Below are positions 33,875 through 33,969 of a DNA stretch of 33,969 nucleotides, piece by piece; positions within the stretch are counted from its first letter, which is position 1, and every line of letters begins with the position of its first letter. Position numbers and translations under genes: made by a program. The DNA comes from Octopus bimaculoides (lineage: Eukaryota). The notes beneath the pieces are model-generated. The model was given only the letters and a program-made list of their open reading frames with translations, had not been told where the DNA came from and searched no databases. Location of the stretch: assembly GCF_001194135.2 (NCBI RefSeq), contig NC_068991.1, positions 35,779,577-35,813,545 on the forward strand, read 5' to 3'.

Positions 33875-33969
33875 GTATTCATACATACATATACATACAT
33901 ACTGGCAAGAAATCTTGATATAAAACTGAACAATGATACATACATGCATACATACATACATACATACAT
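33875..33969. repeat. Interrupted (TACA)n microsatellite
   Basis: Direct reading of the sequence. Confidence 0.9.

Overview
AT-rich, microsatellite-dense eukaryotic genomic DNA. The tRNA-headed SINE families look like those of octopus (cephalopod); this is recognised from memory, not from a database search. Five N-gaps are present, mostly flanked by simple repeats. No complete host gene is visible, and most six-frame ORFs are microsatellite or gap artefacts. The window is largely decayed mobile DNA: a full-length mariner fossil with TIRs (41-1277), a Tigger/pogo transposase fossil (17342-18380), a piggyBac fossil (~23745-25650), several RTE-clade LINE remnants, an R4/Dong-like RT fragment (28055-28760), a Penelope-like element with inverted pLTRs (29016-30901) and about eight copies of two SINE families. 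The most interesting signals are structural: (i) minimal type-I hammerhead ribozyme motifs in both Penelope pLTRs, each with a different core lesion; (ii) an RTE insertion that looks like a twin-priming 5' inversion, bounded by a 13-bp near-direct repeat, with an HDV-like pseudoknot at the inversion junction; (iii) a perfect 17-bp-arm hairpin built from two CRE cores inside a promoter-like motif cluster; (iv) a ~68-bp-arm foldback; (v) one candidate 66-nt symmetric coding exon.
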